DNA of 58,913 nucleotides, filler included. It is 3 parts of 3 records of this genome, joined end to end, with 100 filler letters (N's around TTAATTAATTAA, not from the genome) between each part and the next. Parts side by side here need not be neighbours in the genome. Positions count along the whole stretch, not along the records: positions 9,106 to 34,294 come from SRR20825006_1901; 2 more parts are not named here. One strand, written 5' to 3'. Made by a program: the position numbers and the translations under genes. Under the pieces are notes generated by a model. The model was given only the letters and a program-made list of their open reading frames with translations, made no database searches and was not told the origin of the DNA. Numbering within the stretch: the stretch's first letter is position 1; every line of letters starts with the position of its first letter. Positions 18,905 to 28,819 of the stretch are shown here, in pieces.

Positions 18905-21294
18905 ATCACATGTCTCCAAAAATCGGGATTGGCGCGCCAATCGGCGGGCACGCGGGCTTCGCCGGTGGCACCGCCGCCAAGGATGGGAAGGAGGTCGCCA
19001 AGTGCAGAGAGGTCGGCATCGACGAAGACACTGTCGCCCGCCGAGCGGATAAGCGCGATGCGCTGGCCGATGGTCGGCTGCACGAGAAGGGCAGCCTCCT
19101 TGGCGTTCACGCGGAGAAAATCGTAATCGGAGACGGTGGCGCGATCGTTCGGGAAGAGGATCTGGGTCGGGACTGTTTCGACGATGGTCTTGCCGACGCG
19201 GCTGTTCCGCAGCTGGCTCGGATATTGCGTCATCATGATCACGACGCAGTTCATCTTGCGCAGCGTCACCAGCCAGTTTTCCAGCCGCGCCCCGAAGTAG
19301 GGATCGTCCAAGAGCTTCCAGGCCTCGTCGAGCACGATGATGGTGGGGCGGCGGTCTTCGACCACGCGTTCGATCTGGCGGAAAATGTAGGAGAGCACCG
19401 CCATCCGCTCGGTGGTCATGTCGAGGATCTCGGTCATGTCAAACCCGACGATGTCGCCTGTGAGCTTGAGGCCCGCGCCGCGCTCGGACTCGTCGAAAAC
19501 CCATCCGTAACGTCCACCCGGCGCCCATTCGGCGACGCGGGACTGCAGCTCGCCATCATCATCGAGCGACTGAAACAGCGTCTCGAAACTGACAAAGCGC
19601 TGCAGCGCCGCGCCCGCATCGGCGTTCTGGCCGACCGCACTCTGGATATGGCGGGATTGCTCGCCGGTGAGTGTGCCATTGCGCGTGAGGAGTGTCGCCA
19701 GCCAGTCCGAAAGCCAGGCACGGCCGCGCTCGTCTGTCTCGGTGGCGAGCGGATTCAGCCCTGTCGGTACGCCCGCGCGGATCTCGTTGTAGCGCCCGCC
19801 CAAGGCGCGAACCGCCATTTCGAGGCCGCGATCCTTGTCGAAGAAAAAGAGCCGCGCGCCGACCCGCTGCGCTTGGGCTGCGAGGAAAGCGGTGGTCAGC
19901 GTCTTGCCCGTGCCGGTGCGACCGAGCACAAGCGTATGGCCGACCGTTGGTTCCTTGCCGGGGCCGCCCGCCTCGTGGAAATTGAACCGATAGCCCGAGG
20001 TGCCGACCGTGGGCAGGGCCGAAATGGTCTGACCCCAAGGCGACTGATCCGGCCCGCGCCCTTCGACGCTGCCGTGAAGTGCCGCGAAATCCGCGAAGTT
20101 GATCGAGGAAATCGGCGTCTTGCGGGCGCGGTAGCCGAAGTTGCCGGGAGATTGTGCGAAGTAGGTGGCTTTAAGCGCCATGTTCTCGCGCACGATCACC
20201 GACATGATCTCTTGGCCAACGCGTTTGATCTGGGCGGCGGCGCGTTCGAGCGTGTCGCGGTCCGGGGCGTAGACGGCGATGGAGAGGTGATGATCGCCAA
20301 AGGCGATGCGGCCCGCTTCCTGGTCATCGGCGGCCTGGCCCAGTTGTTCGCGCAGAGAGACGGCGGCATCGTCGGAGGCATGCATCTGACGGATGATGCG
20401 CTGGATGCGTTCGGCCATGATGTTGTTCGGGATCGGACTGAAGGAGTTCGTCAGCACGATATCCAGCGGCAGGTCGAGCGCGTCGAGGAGTGTGACGTCG
20501 GTGAGTGCGGGGTAGGACTTCATCGAAAAGAGAGCGCCGTATTTGACCCGACCGGTCACGGCATCGGTCAGGGTGACAACTTCGCCATCAAAGGTCGCGC
20601 GGCAATTGCTCAAGGTATGCGAGAGGGGCAGGGCGCTATGCCCGAAGGCGATGGGGGAGAAGCTGCCCGCGTTCAGGGTATTGAGATAGCCCAGCCATTC
20701 ACCACCGGACTTCGTGAGTCTGACTGGGTTGGCCGACGCAAGCGCCACCTCGAAAAAGCCCATGACCTCGTTCAGCTCCTGCAGGCGTGTCGCGCGGTCC
20801 TTGACCCAGGCCCTGCGGGCCAGCGCGCGCAGGAGCGGAATACGGGCCGAGATGTCAGGCCGCCGAATCACGCTGAGATAAAGTTGGCGTTTGGCGGGGC
20901 GCAGGTCTTTGACATGGGCCTGCCAGCGCGTGTCGATCGCGGCGGCGAAGCTGTCTCCCTCGATAGGGCGCATCCCGAGATCCTGCGGGACTGAGATCCG
21001 GTGGATGTAGAAACCAAAGGCATTACCGGTCTGGGCGACGATGGCTGCGACCGCGCGTTTGAGCGCATCGAGCCGGGCGTCCTCAGTGGTCATCGGGTTA
21101 AGCCCGTCGAGGCGCAGGGTCGCCATCAGATCGCCCTCGCGCAGGACCATGACATCGTCATCGGCGAGAGCAAAATACGGCAGGTGTTCGGCGAGATAGC
21201 TCTCCCGCGCGAACTCCCCGCCGCCAGCCTGAAGGAGTGCCGTTCCGTGAGTGGAAAGTGTGCCTGCATCAAGCGCCAAAGCTGTCGCCTCCAT
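18901..21294 (-). CDS. virB4: T4SS ATPase VirB4
   Basis: GHTLVLGRTGTGKT, FFDKDRG, IVLDEAWKLL, TLRKMN. Start uncertain (21294 or 21279). Confidence 0.96.
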   Translation of the reverse strand: MEATALALDAGTLSTHGTALLQAGGGEFARESYLAEHLPYFALADDDVMVLREGDLMATLRLDGLNPMTTEDARLDALKRAVAAIVAQTGNAFGFYIHRISVPQDLGMRPIEGDSFAAAIDTRWQAHVKDLRPAKRQLYLSVIRRPDISARIPLLRALARRAWVKDRATRLQELNEVMGFFEVALASANPVRLTKSGGEWLGYLNTLNAGSFSPIAFGHSALPLSHTLSNCRATFDGEVVTLTDAVTGRVKYGALFSMKSYPALTDVTLLDALDLPLDIVLTNSFSPIPNNIMAERIQRIIRQMHASDDAAVSLREQLGQAADDQEAGRIAFGDHHLSIAVYAPDRDTLERAAAQIKRVGQEIMSVIVRENMALKATYFAQSPGNFGYRARKTPISSINFADFAALHGSVEGRGPDQSPWGQTISALPTVGTSGYRFNFHEAGGPGKEPTVGHTLVLGRTGTGKTLTTAFLAAQAQRVGARLFFFDKDRGLEMAVRALGGRYNEIRAGVPTGLNPLATETDERGRAWLSDWLATLLTRNGTLTGEQSRHIQSAVGQNADAGAALQRFVSFETLFQSLDDDGELQSRVAEWAPGGRYGWVFDESERGAGLKLTGDIVGFDMTEILDMTTERMAVLSYIFRQIERVVEDRRPTIIVLDEAWKLLDDPYFGARLENWLVTLRKMNCVVIMMTQYPSQLRNSRVGKTIVETVPTQILFPNDRATVSDYDFLRVNAKEAALLVQPTIGQRIALIRSAGDSVFVDADLSALGDLLPILGGGATGEARVPADWRANPDFWRHVI

Positions 21295-21547
21295 GCAGGG
21301 CCCGGTTCTTCGTCGGGCGCACCGATCCATAGGAGACGCGCAGCACCTCGAAGAAATGCGGCTCGCGGTCGGCGACGAACCAGAGGATCGGATAGGCGAC
21401 GAGGCCGATCAGGAAGAAGGCCATGGACTTGGTCCAGATGAACGGCAGAACGACCCCGGTCGCCAGCACCACGAGGTATCCGACAGGGAGGCCCAGATAC
21501 TTGGGCGGTCGGGCGAGGCCCAGAAATAGGGGGGATCGTTCTGCCAA
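21269..21547 (-). CDS. virB3: T4SS protein VirB3
   Basis: PLFLGLARPPKYLGLP, two TM segments, REPHFF. Confidence 0.92.
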   Translation of the reverse strand: MAERSPLFLGLARPPKYLGLPVGYLVVLATGVVLPFIWTKSMAFFLIGLVAYPILWFVADREPHFFEVLRVSYGSVRPTKNRALHGGDSFGA

Positions 21548-21562
21548 CTCTATTCTCCAACC

Positions 21563-21844
21563 TCAGGAGAAGCCGTCGACAATGGTGCCGGCCGAGAAGA
21601 TCAGCACGATCCCGATGATGACCGAGGCGAACCAGCCCCAGTTGAGCCTTCCCATCATACACATGAAGCCGGTGCCAATGACCGCGAGCGTCGCGACCGC
21701 GATCCCGATCGGACCGGTGAGAGCGGCCTCGACGGTTTCCAGCATGGTCTGGATCGGCGACAAGTCTTGCGCGAAAGCGGGTGCCGAGAGAATCGTCAAG
21801 GTTGTAGCGGTGGGCAAAAGGCGGCTGAGGCGATGTCGAAGCAT
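21563..21844 (-). CDS. virB2: T4SS major pilin VirB2/TrbC
   Basis: PAFAQ cleavage site, two hydrophobic helices, GRLNW. Confidence 0.92.
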   Translation of the reverse strand: MLRHRLSRLLPTATTLTILSAPAFAQDLSPIQTMLETVEAALTGPIGIAVATLAVIGTGFMCMMGRLNWGWFASVIIGIVLIFSAGTIVDGFS

Positions 21845-21859
21845 GCGAAGTTCCTTTAA

Positions 21860-22558
21860 TTACTGAAAATCAATGAGGACCGGTGCGCGCTCTGGCAGGC
21901 TGGTCGCGAGGCGGAAGCTTGGCTTGTTCGTAGGCGTCCCCGCCAGCCGAGACTGTATCCGGTGAATGCGCGCAATGTAGGCACGCGTCTCGGAGAAGGG
22001 TGGGACGCCCGCGTATTGGATCACGCGGTGAGGACCGGCATTGTAGGCCGCGAGCGCAAGGTCGATGTCCTTGAACGTGGCGAGTTGAGCGAGGAGATAG
22101 CGCGCCGCGCCGTCGAGGTTCTGGGAGGGATCGCGCGGATCGACGCTGAGAGCACGGGCGGTATCCGGCATCAGTTGGCCGAGACCATAGGCGCCCTTGG
22201 GGCTTACGGCGGTCGGGTTGTAGCTGCTTTCAGCTTCGACCAGTGCGCGGAACAGGACCTGCCAATCATCCGGGCCCAGACCAACCTGCCGCAGGGCGCG
22301 ATTGCCCTCGTGGCGATCTGCGGTGGCCAGGATCAAATTGAGGATCTCTGTGCGCCCCGAAGTCGGTGTAGCCTCCTGAGGTGGAAATGAAACCACGGGT
22401 TCAGCGCCGTCGTTCAGCCCTGCCCAGGCGGGTTTTTCGCCGTGGAAGGTCCAACCTGACGTCCGAACAGTGCCATCGCGCGCAAAAGCGATGACGTCAG
22501 CCGCACTCCTCGAGGGTGATGCTGTAGTCAGGGCCAAAGCACAGATTGCGCCCGTCAC
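21860..22558 (-). CDS. virB1: Lytic transglycosylase VirB1
   Basis: AESSYNP, GAYGLGQLMP, ALAAYNAGP, PPFSETRAY. GTG 22558 gives a signal-like N-terminus; start uncertain. Confidence 0.85.
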   Translation of the reverse strand: MTGAICALALTTASPSRSAADVIAFARDGTVRTSGWTFHGEKPAWAGLNDGAEPVVSFPPQEATPTSGRTEILNLILATADRHEGNRALRQVGLGPDDWQVLFRALVEAESSYNPTAVSPKGAYGLGQLMPDTARALSVDPRDPSQNLDGAARYLLAQLATFKDIDLALAAYNAGPHRVIQYAGVPPFSETRAYIARIHRIQSRLAGTPTNKPSFRLATSLPERAPVLIDFQ

Positions 22559-22811
22559 CGAACTCGAGATGATGTTTAAAGAGCCCCGGCCAGATGTTGA
22601 AATACCGCGGCTCGGGCCCGTGCGGGGTAATTCTCGTGGAGACGAGAATGGCTTCCGGCTCGCCGATCCGCAGGTAGATGCACTGGTAGCGCGGCTTGCC
22701 ATCGTCCGTGAACCCCACGAGTTCATACCGGCAGCGGAATGCAACGCCCTTCTCAAAAAGGTCTTTTACACCATCGATGGTGATCAAAATTTGGTTGCGC
22801 GCTATCGGCAT
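22497..22811 (-). CDS. Hypothetical protein heading the virB operon
   Basis: GGGGAGAG RBS, protein-like composition, overlaps the virB1 start region. Confidence 0.65.
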   Translation of the reverse strand: MPIARNQILITIDGVKDLFEKGVAFRCRYELVGFTDDGKPRYQCIYLRIGEPEAILVSTRITPHGPEPRYFNIWPGLFKHHLEFGDGRNLCFGPDYSITLEECG

Positions 22812-22905
22812 GTTCGGACTCTCCCCATGAGAGCCCTTCTACTTCACGACACTAAGGCCATAAAGTCATATGGAGTCAATACGACATATTGCAGATAAAT
22901 ACAAA

Positions 22906-22938
22906 TTGCGCGATAGTTCGCGCAACTTTCGCGCGAAA
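22906..22938. promoter_or_regulatory. Tandem palindromes in the divergent virB promoter region
   Basis: TTGCGCGA-TAGT-TCGCGCAA (22906-22925) and TTTCGCGCGAAA (22927-22938). Confidence 0.5.
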
Positions 22939-22955
22939 CAAGGCTGGTGAGCGAC

Positions 22956-23534
22956 ATGAAGCGACAGGCGATGGCTGCGGTGATGGGTGTGATGGCGGCG
23001 TTCGGCACCCCTGAGAAGGCGCGGGCCTATGATATCGACTGCGCCATCATGCTTTGCATGGCGGGTGGTTTCCCGCCAAGCGCGGTCTGCGCACGGGCCT
23101 ATCGCACCATGATCCGCCGCATCACGCCCTGGCCGAGCCTGCCGCCCTTCGGGGTCTGCACCTTTGCCCATGTGCCGGTCGAGCTGGGCGGGCCCGGCGG
23201 GGAGGGTGAGCTCGACACCAACCTGCCGGAATACGAATGGCTGAACCGGACCCATGTGATCTGGTTCACTGGAAGCTCATATGACACCAATGAGGATGGG
23301 CGTGTGTGGAACTGGTCCGTGAAATCGTGCGATCGGGAGAACCGAACCTGCACCTATCTCCAGCGCGCGCGACGAGAAAGCCGGTCATGGCCTGACAGTT
23401 TCGTCTCTCAAAGTGGCCAAGTGATCGAGTTGCCCACGAGGCGACGCTCAGGTGAATTCTCTCTTCGCAGCATCATGGTCGAATACGGCGACTATGAGGG
23501 CAACATGGGCCACTCGGAGTGGTTTGCTTATTGA
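22956..23534 (+). CDS. Secreted Cys-rich protein, possibly TrbM/KikA-like
   Basis: Signal peptide ending ARA, then DCAIMLCMAGGFPPSAVC; divergent from the virB operon. Confidence 0.65.
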   Translation: MKRQAMAAVMGVMAAFGTPEKARAYDIDCAIMLCMAGGFPPSAVCARAYRTMIRRITPWPSLPPFGVCTFAHVPVELGGPGGEGELDTNLPEYEWLNRTHVIWFTGSSYDTNEDGRVWNWSVKSCDRENRTCTYLQRARRESRSWPDSFVSQSGQVIELPTRRRSGEFSLRSIMVEYGDYEGNMGHSEWFAY

Positions 23535-23728
23535 TCGCTCTCATCAGGATCGCTGAGGGAAAAAGGGCGGATGTAAATGGCCGACGGGTCATATTGGTCA
23601 GGGTCAAAATGCCAGAGACGGCTGGTGGTGCCATCGTTCCAACGGTAGTCCGTGAAGACGTGGGTTTCGACTTGCTTTGAGAGGAAATAGCCTTCCTGAA
23701 AGGGCCTTCCGATCTTCTTTTTACCCAT
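23528..23728 (-). CDS. Small hypothetical protein
   Basis: 66-aa ORF converging on the previous gene; no motif. Confidence 0.4.
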   Translation of the reverse strand: MGKKKIGRPFQEGYFLSKQVETHVFTDYRWNDGTTSRLWHFDPDQYDPSAIYIRPFSLSDPDESDQ

Positions 23729-24269
23729 AAAAATACTGCTTACAAATAAAATGTGCGCATGAGCGCGCAGGGGTATGATAAAAGGCCTATATAGCGCTCT
23801 GTGAACAAGAGGGTCGGGTCACCCTCCAAGAATTTTGTGATACGTTCCAATAAATTAATGGATGAAGCGAACTTTGCGTTCTCCTCCTTGCCATATGAAT
23901 TCGACTCATGTTGGACAGATTAGTAAGTTCGTCATGACTAAGAAAACGCGCGTCTCAGCTCCTGCATGTTCAATACAAACACAGTTGCTCAATTTGACGA
24001 CTGTGGAATGGACATTATGCGCGACATGCAGTCACGCTAAATATATGTTACAATTGCAGATTATTCTCTGTGCTGTCCGCGCGGCTAAGGCGCACGAGTC
24101 CGGATGTGATTCACGAGCATCGCGCGTCTTATCAAGACGGGGTAGACCCGCGCTGGCGGGCATCCATAGAGCCACTTCTTAGTGGTTAATATGAACGAAA
24201 TGTCGTCTCGTTCCGCTTTGTCTAACTGTCCTGTTGTTGGCATAAAACATGCATGTAGGGGGCATTCTT

Positions 24270-25094
24270 TTAGTGCGACATGAACACTGGCACTTTGGCG
24301 GTGCGGATTACATGGTGGGTGACACCGCCGAACAGATCCTGCGAAAACTTGCTGTGCTCGTATGCGCCCATCACGATCAGCTGTGCGCCGATTTCAGAAG
24401 CCGTAGTTTCGATGATCTCCGCGATTTTTCGTCCCGATCGGGGACGCAGGATGTGTTCCGCCTGTATGCCGTGGCGTTCGAGGTGGGTCACGATATCGGT
24501 GCCTGTGGGCATCTCGTGAAGCACATCGCCGACGGTCAGGATCGAGACCTTCTTCGGTGCATCTTCGAGCACGGTCATGGCGTCGCTCAGCGCACGCGCG
24601 GAGGCCCGTTTGCCGTCCCATGCGACCAGCACATGATTGGCCAGCCCTTCTGAGATATAGTCATCGGGCACCACAAGTACGGGGCGACCGCTTTGCAGCG
24701 CCATCACATCCGGGCTGACGGCCCGGTATTCATCCGTGGGAAGTTTCGGAGGATAGCCGGTTACGATGAAGTCGAAATTCCGGGCGATCTCTGCCAGAGA
24801 AAGTTTGCCGATGACCTCGGGCATGAGAAAACGGGCGCGATTTTCGATCCCGGCGGCTTCCACTTCCTGCTGAAACAACTCCCGCGAGCCCTCGATTTTT
24901 GCGGCTCTCACCGTCTTGAGCTTGTCGTGGAGGTCTTCGGTCAGACCCAGCACCTGATCGAAATAGGACGACGGTCCGCCATAAATGCCGGTCAGCCATG
25001 CTTCATGGCGTTTTGCAACTTTCACGGCGTGACGAAGGCTATGGGGAAATCCCGCGCTTCCAGTGTGGGCGAGAAGGATGTTTTTAATGGTCAC
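24270..25094 (-). CDS. Universal stress protein (tandem USP domains)
   Basis: IKNILLA, SGRPVLVVP, VAWDGKRASARAL, LIVMGAYEHS, GGVT..VPVFMSH. GTG start with GAGGA RBS. Confidence 0.92.
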   Translation of the reverse strand: MTIKNILLAHTGSAGFPHSLRHAVKVAKRHEAWLTGIYGGPSSYFDQVLGLTEDLHDKLKTVRAAKIEGSRELFQQEVEAAGIENRARFLMPEVIGKLSLAEIARNFDFIVTGYPPKLPTDEYRAVSPDVMALQSGRPVLVVPDDYISEGLANHVLVAWDGKRASARALSDAMTVLEDAPKKVSILTVGDVLHEMPTGTDIVTHLERHGIQAEHILRPRSGRKIAEIIETTASEIGAQLIVMGAYEHSKFSQDLFGGVTHHVIRTAKVPVFMSH

Positions 25095-25152
25095 GATGTC
25101 CTCACAGTCCGAAAATGATTTCCGAAACCTTAGACGACATAATCTTAGAGGT

Positions 25153-26127
25153 CTATGATTTTGTGGTTTCCCGTCCGAAATTCGCAAACGTATTGCGGAT
25201 TTCCGAGATCAGTTCGGTTTGCGGCGCGGAGAAGACCATTTTCTTGTCATGGATCAGGAACAGAGGGATGGCGATGTCGATTTCCGGTGTCTGCACGATG
25301 CGAAGCCCGTCTTTTTCCGGGTTGGCGGGCACGGCGCTCTGAAACACAAAGCCGACACCGATATCTGCGCGAATGGCGCTCAGGATCGGTTCAGGATGCC
25401 CGAATTCCAGGACGCTGTTTGTGCGGACAACGCCCGCGGTGCGCAGGGCCTCGTCAATGAGTTCGCGGGCGATCTGTCCCTTGCGGGGGGTGACGAACGG
25501 CAGGGAGGCGAGGTCCGACAGGCTTGCGACATTTCCGGCGAAGCTGCTGTTCAGGGCCGCAACAAGGAAGAGGGGTTCTTTCCAGAGCAATTCGATTTCA
25601 AGCCGCGATGTGTCCTGGTTAGGGTCAATCAGGGCGACGCCAAAATCGCAGTCGCCGGAGAGAACGGCCTCGGTGGCGAGGCGGGGGCTGGACATCGACA
25701 TGCAGACCTTGCTGGTCGGATACTCCTTGTGAAACCGGATAATGATATCTGGAAGTTTATATGTTCCGACGACCATTGTGGCTGCGATCTTGGTTTCTCC
25801 AAGGATACCCTGACGGATATCCTCCAGATCAAGAAACATCTCCGTGCTGCGTTGCATGACCTCGGTTGCCCAGGAATAGACCCGTTCGCCGGCTTGGGTC
25901 AGTTCGATATTGCGCCCGGCCTTGCGCACAAGTTGCGTTCCGAGACTTTCTTCGAGGCTGCGCAGGTGCGCCGTAACAGCCGGCTGGGCAATGTTTAGAT
26001 GTTCGGCGGTCCTTGTCACGCTGGAATATTTGGCAACGATGCAAAATACATTGAGTTTATGCAACGTCAGGTTTCTGGAATGCAGAAACTCCTGTGGCAG
26101 AGGGACATGTTTCGGCTGTTGTGTCAT
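25153..26127 (-). CDS. LysR family transcriptional regulator
   Basis: SSVTRTAEHLNIAQPAVTAHLRSLEESLG, LTQAGE; divergent from the ABC operon. Confidence 0.94.
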   Translation of the reverse strand: MTQQPKHVPLPQEFLHSRNLTLHKLNVFCIVAKYSSVTRTAEHLNIAQPAVTAHLRSLEESLGTQLVRKAGRNIELTQAGERVYSWATEVMQRSTEMFLDLEDIRQGILGETKIAATMVVGTYKLPDIIIRFHKEYPTSKVCMSMSSPRLATEAVLSGDCDFGVALIDPNQDTSRLEIELLWKEPLFLVAALNSSFAGNVASLSDLASLPFVTPRKGQIARELIDEALRTAGVVRTNSVLEFGHPEPILSAIRADIGVGFVFQSAVPANPEKDGLRIVQTPEIDIAIPLFLIHDKKMVFSAPQTELISEIRNTFANFGRETTKS

Positions 26128-26673
26128 GGCTTCGGTCCGGTTTCAGGTTTCAGTCGGTATTGGCAGGCCGAGATGTCCCGGCAGGGGAACGATTTTGCGA
26201 AGGTTATTCGCGAACACGCGTCGGGCGCGTGTTCGCGGGCGGTGTCGGTGATGGCTTGGCGGGCGGTCGATGTTTCCAAGGGAATATCCGTTCTCCCGTA
26301 TGGGTGGGGGTGTCATGGATGTCGTACTATGAGAACTCTAATTCATAATCTATCTCATATGTATTTTTGTGAAGTTGATATTAGACAAAATATCGCCCGA
26401 TCCCAAAGATACGGGCAGCAAAACAAACAAGACGACAAAATGACGCGTCCGGTTGGCGCCGCACAACGATCTTGCCAAAGGCTTGCGACAGGGAGGATGG
26501 CAAGGAGGGCATCGCCTCTGTCAGGTGATACGGACGACACATGACGCCTGTCGGGATGAATGCAGACATTCGCCCGGGATTGTCAGGCATGACATTATTT
26601 TGGGTCCCGCTCTGAAACGATCGCACATGAAGATGCGACGAGGGCAGGGGCATGGCTTGGGGAGGAAGCCGCC

Positions 26674-27660
26674 ATGACTGCACATCAAAAAACGAGGCTC
26701 TCGTTGAACCAGGAACAAATGGTGCTTGCCATTTCCGGGGCGCTTTTCGTGATTTTCTCGCTGACACTCGACAGCTTCTTTCAGGTGTCGAATCTCGTGT
26801 CGCTTTTACAGAATGTTTCGATGCTGGGTATTCTGGCCATTGGCATGGCCGGGGTCGTCATCGGACGGGGCATAGACCTGACGATGGTTGCGGTCATGGT
26901 GTTTTCCACCGGATGGTCCTTTGTCCTTTTTACCGGCGGGATGCAGATCGAACTGGCGTTGCTGTTGGGGCTGTTGCTGGCGCTGGCCATTGGGACGGTC
27001 ACCGGCATCCTCGTGGCCTATGTCGAAATCCCGGATATCTTCGCCACGCTCGCCATGGCCACCGTCATTACCGGGCTCGGGCGTTTCGCGCTGGTGCCGA
27101 GCGACAATATTTTCATCAGCGGCGATGTTGGCTGGCTGGCCTCGCTTGGGACGGGGAGCGTCGCGGCGTTGCCGATGCCCGTCGTGCTGTTCCTGGTCGT
27201 CGCCTGTGCCGCTTTCGTCGGGCTGCGCCTGACGCGCTACGGGGCGTTCGTCTATGCGATCGGCGACAACCCGATGGCGTCGCGCAACAGCGGTATCCCG
27301 ATCCGCCCCATCAAGGTCCTGATGTACAGCAGTTCGGCGTTCATCGCCTTCTGTGCTGGTCTGATCATGGCGATGACGGTGTCCTCCGTGAACACCAAAC
27401 TGGCCAGTTCGACGATGATCTACGACATCATTCTGGTGGTCGTGATCGGGGGGATCGGTTTGGCCGGGGGCAAGGGCAGCGTACGCAATGTTCTTTCAGG
27501 CACGCTTTTGATCGGATTGCTGCTGAACGGCATGACGATCATGAACATCAGCTATTCCGCGCAGAACATCATCAAGAGCCTCATTCTGTTGTTGGCGATC
27601 ATTGTCGACTCGGTGCTCAACCCCAGAGATGAACAGACCTCTCAACAGGGGGATATCTGA
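26674..27660 (+). CDS. Sugar-type (CUT2) ABC transporter permease
   Basis: VIGRGIDLT, FATLAM, TRYG..VYAIGDN, VVIGG.GLAGGKGS. Confidence 0.93.
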   Translation: MTAHQKTRLSLNQEQMVLAISGALFVIFSLTLDSFFQVSNLVSLLQNVSMLGILAIGMAGVVIGRGIDLTMVAVMVFSTGWSFVLFTGGMQIELALLLGLLLALAIGTVTGILVAYVEIPDIFATLAMATVITGLGRFALVPSDNIFISGDVGWLASLGTGSVAALPMPVVLFLVVACAAFVGLRLTRYGAFVYAIGDNPMASRNSGIPIRPIKVLMYSSSAFIAFCAGLIMAMTVSSVNTKLASSTMIYDIILVVVIGGIGLAGGKGSVRNVLSGTLLIGLLLNGMTIMNISYSAQNIIKSLILLLAIIVDSVLNPRDEQTSQQGDI

Positions 27661-27732
27661 GGCGCTTACAGGCCAAAACAACACCCAACAATAATCGAAA
27701 AAAAGCACAACAAGTCTCATGGGAGGAGAAAC

Positions 27733-28758
27733 ATGAAACTGTCCAGATTGACAAAGGCGCTCGGTGTCACAGCCGTTCTGTGCGCGACCCTAGGGGTTTC
27801 CATGCCAGCGATGGCGGAGCGCCCGAACGACGGCCTGATCTTTGACTATCACAAGGCATTGGAAGGCAAAAAGGTCGCTTTCGTTCCGATCACGATGGGG
27901 TTCGACCTGACACAGGGCTGGATGGCGGCCGTTGAACGGGATGCAGAGCGGCTCGGGTATGAGCTGACGATCCGCGATCCCAACTGGAATGTCGATGCCG
28001 GGGCCCAGGCCATCGAACAGCTCATCAACGAAAAGCCCGATGTGTTGATCGTCCACAACAACGATATGCAGGCCTATGCCAAGCTCATTCGCCGGGCGAT
28101 GGATGCGGGCATCAATGTGATCCAGATGAACCTGAAGACCCCGGTCAACTCCGACGCCTTCGTCGGCGGGGACTGGTACGATGTCGGGGTGAAAACGGCG
28201 CAGGAGGCCGCCCGGATGTGCGGCAAGGGAACCTCGGGCAAGGTCGCCGTGGTGCAGGGGCCGGTCACGGCGCCGCCGAACCAGTTGGGCGTTGCAGGCG
28301 TCGAGGATGCCCTGTCGGAGTACCCGGATATCGAGATCGTTTCCAATCAGGCCGCCGACTGGGACGCGTCCAAGGCGCGCTCGATCGCCTCGACCATTCT
28401 CAAACAACATGGCGATCTCTGCGCCTTCATCGGCTTGTGGGACAATATGGATGTCGGCATCGCGGCGGCCATTCGCGAAGCCGGGCTGACGGAGCAGGTC
28501 AAACTGATTTCAACAGGCGGCGGCAATCAGCAATTCGGCTGTACGAACCTCGAGAGCGGCGCGTTTGCGTCCTATGTCAAGGTGGACACCCGCGATCAGG
28601 CGAATCAACTGGCTGAAACCATCCAGATCCTGTTGCAGACCCGGCCCGAACCGGGATCGCAGCCCTTCGGTCTTTATACGGAAAACAAGATCCTGACACC
28701 GGACACGGTGGGCCCCGCATCCTGCTGGACGCTGGACGGGATCAAGGCGGGCGACTGA
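27733..28758 (+). CDS. Sugar-type ABC transporter periplasmic binding protein (RbsB-like)
   Basis: Signal peptide, GGAGG RBS, EQLINEKPDVLIV, QAADWDASKA. Confidence 0.92.
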   Translation: MKLSRLTKALGVTAVLCATLGVSMPAMAERPNDGLIFDYHKALEGKKVAFVPITMGFDLTQGWMAAVERDAERLGYELTIRDPNWNVDAGAQAIEQLINEKPDVLIVHNNDMQAYAKLIRRAMDAGINVIQMNLKTPVNSDAFVGGDWYDVGVKTAQEAARMCGKGTSGKVAVVQGPVTAPPNQLGVAGVEDALSEYPDIEIVSNQAADWDASKARSIASTILKQHGDLCAFIGLWDNMDVGIAAAIREAGLTEQVKLISTGGGNQQFGCTNLESGAFASYVKVDTRDQANQLAETIQILLQTRPEPGSQPFGLYTENKILTPDTVGPASCWTLDGIKAGD

Positions 28759-28819
28759 GCCCCCGGACGCGGTCGTATGCCTGTGTGCTGCGGCCGCGCA
28801 TATCTTCGGAGTAAGTTGA

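Larger units (their letters stand above)
11523..22811 (-). mobile_element. VirB-type conjugative mating-pair-formation module of a plasmid or ICE
   Basis: Contiguous, translationally coupled virB1-2-3-4-(7)-SLT-5-x-6-8-9-10-11. Confidence 0.88.

Noticed and set aside
18427-20994. 855-aa plus-strand ORF
   Set aside because: Antisense shadow of virB4 in GC-rich DNA; no motifs
23862-24182. 106-aa ORF in the AT-rich junction (also 5675-5911)
   Set aside because: No clear RBS, atypical composition, no motif
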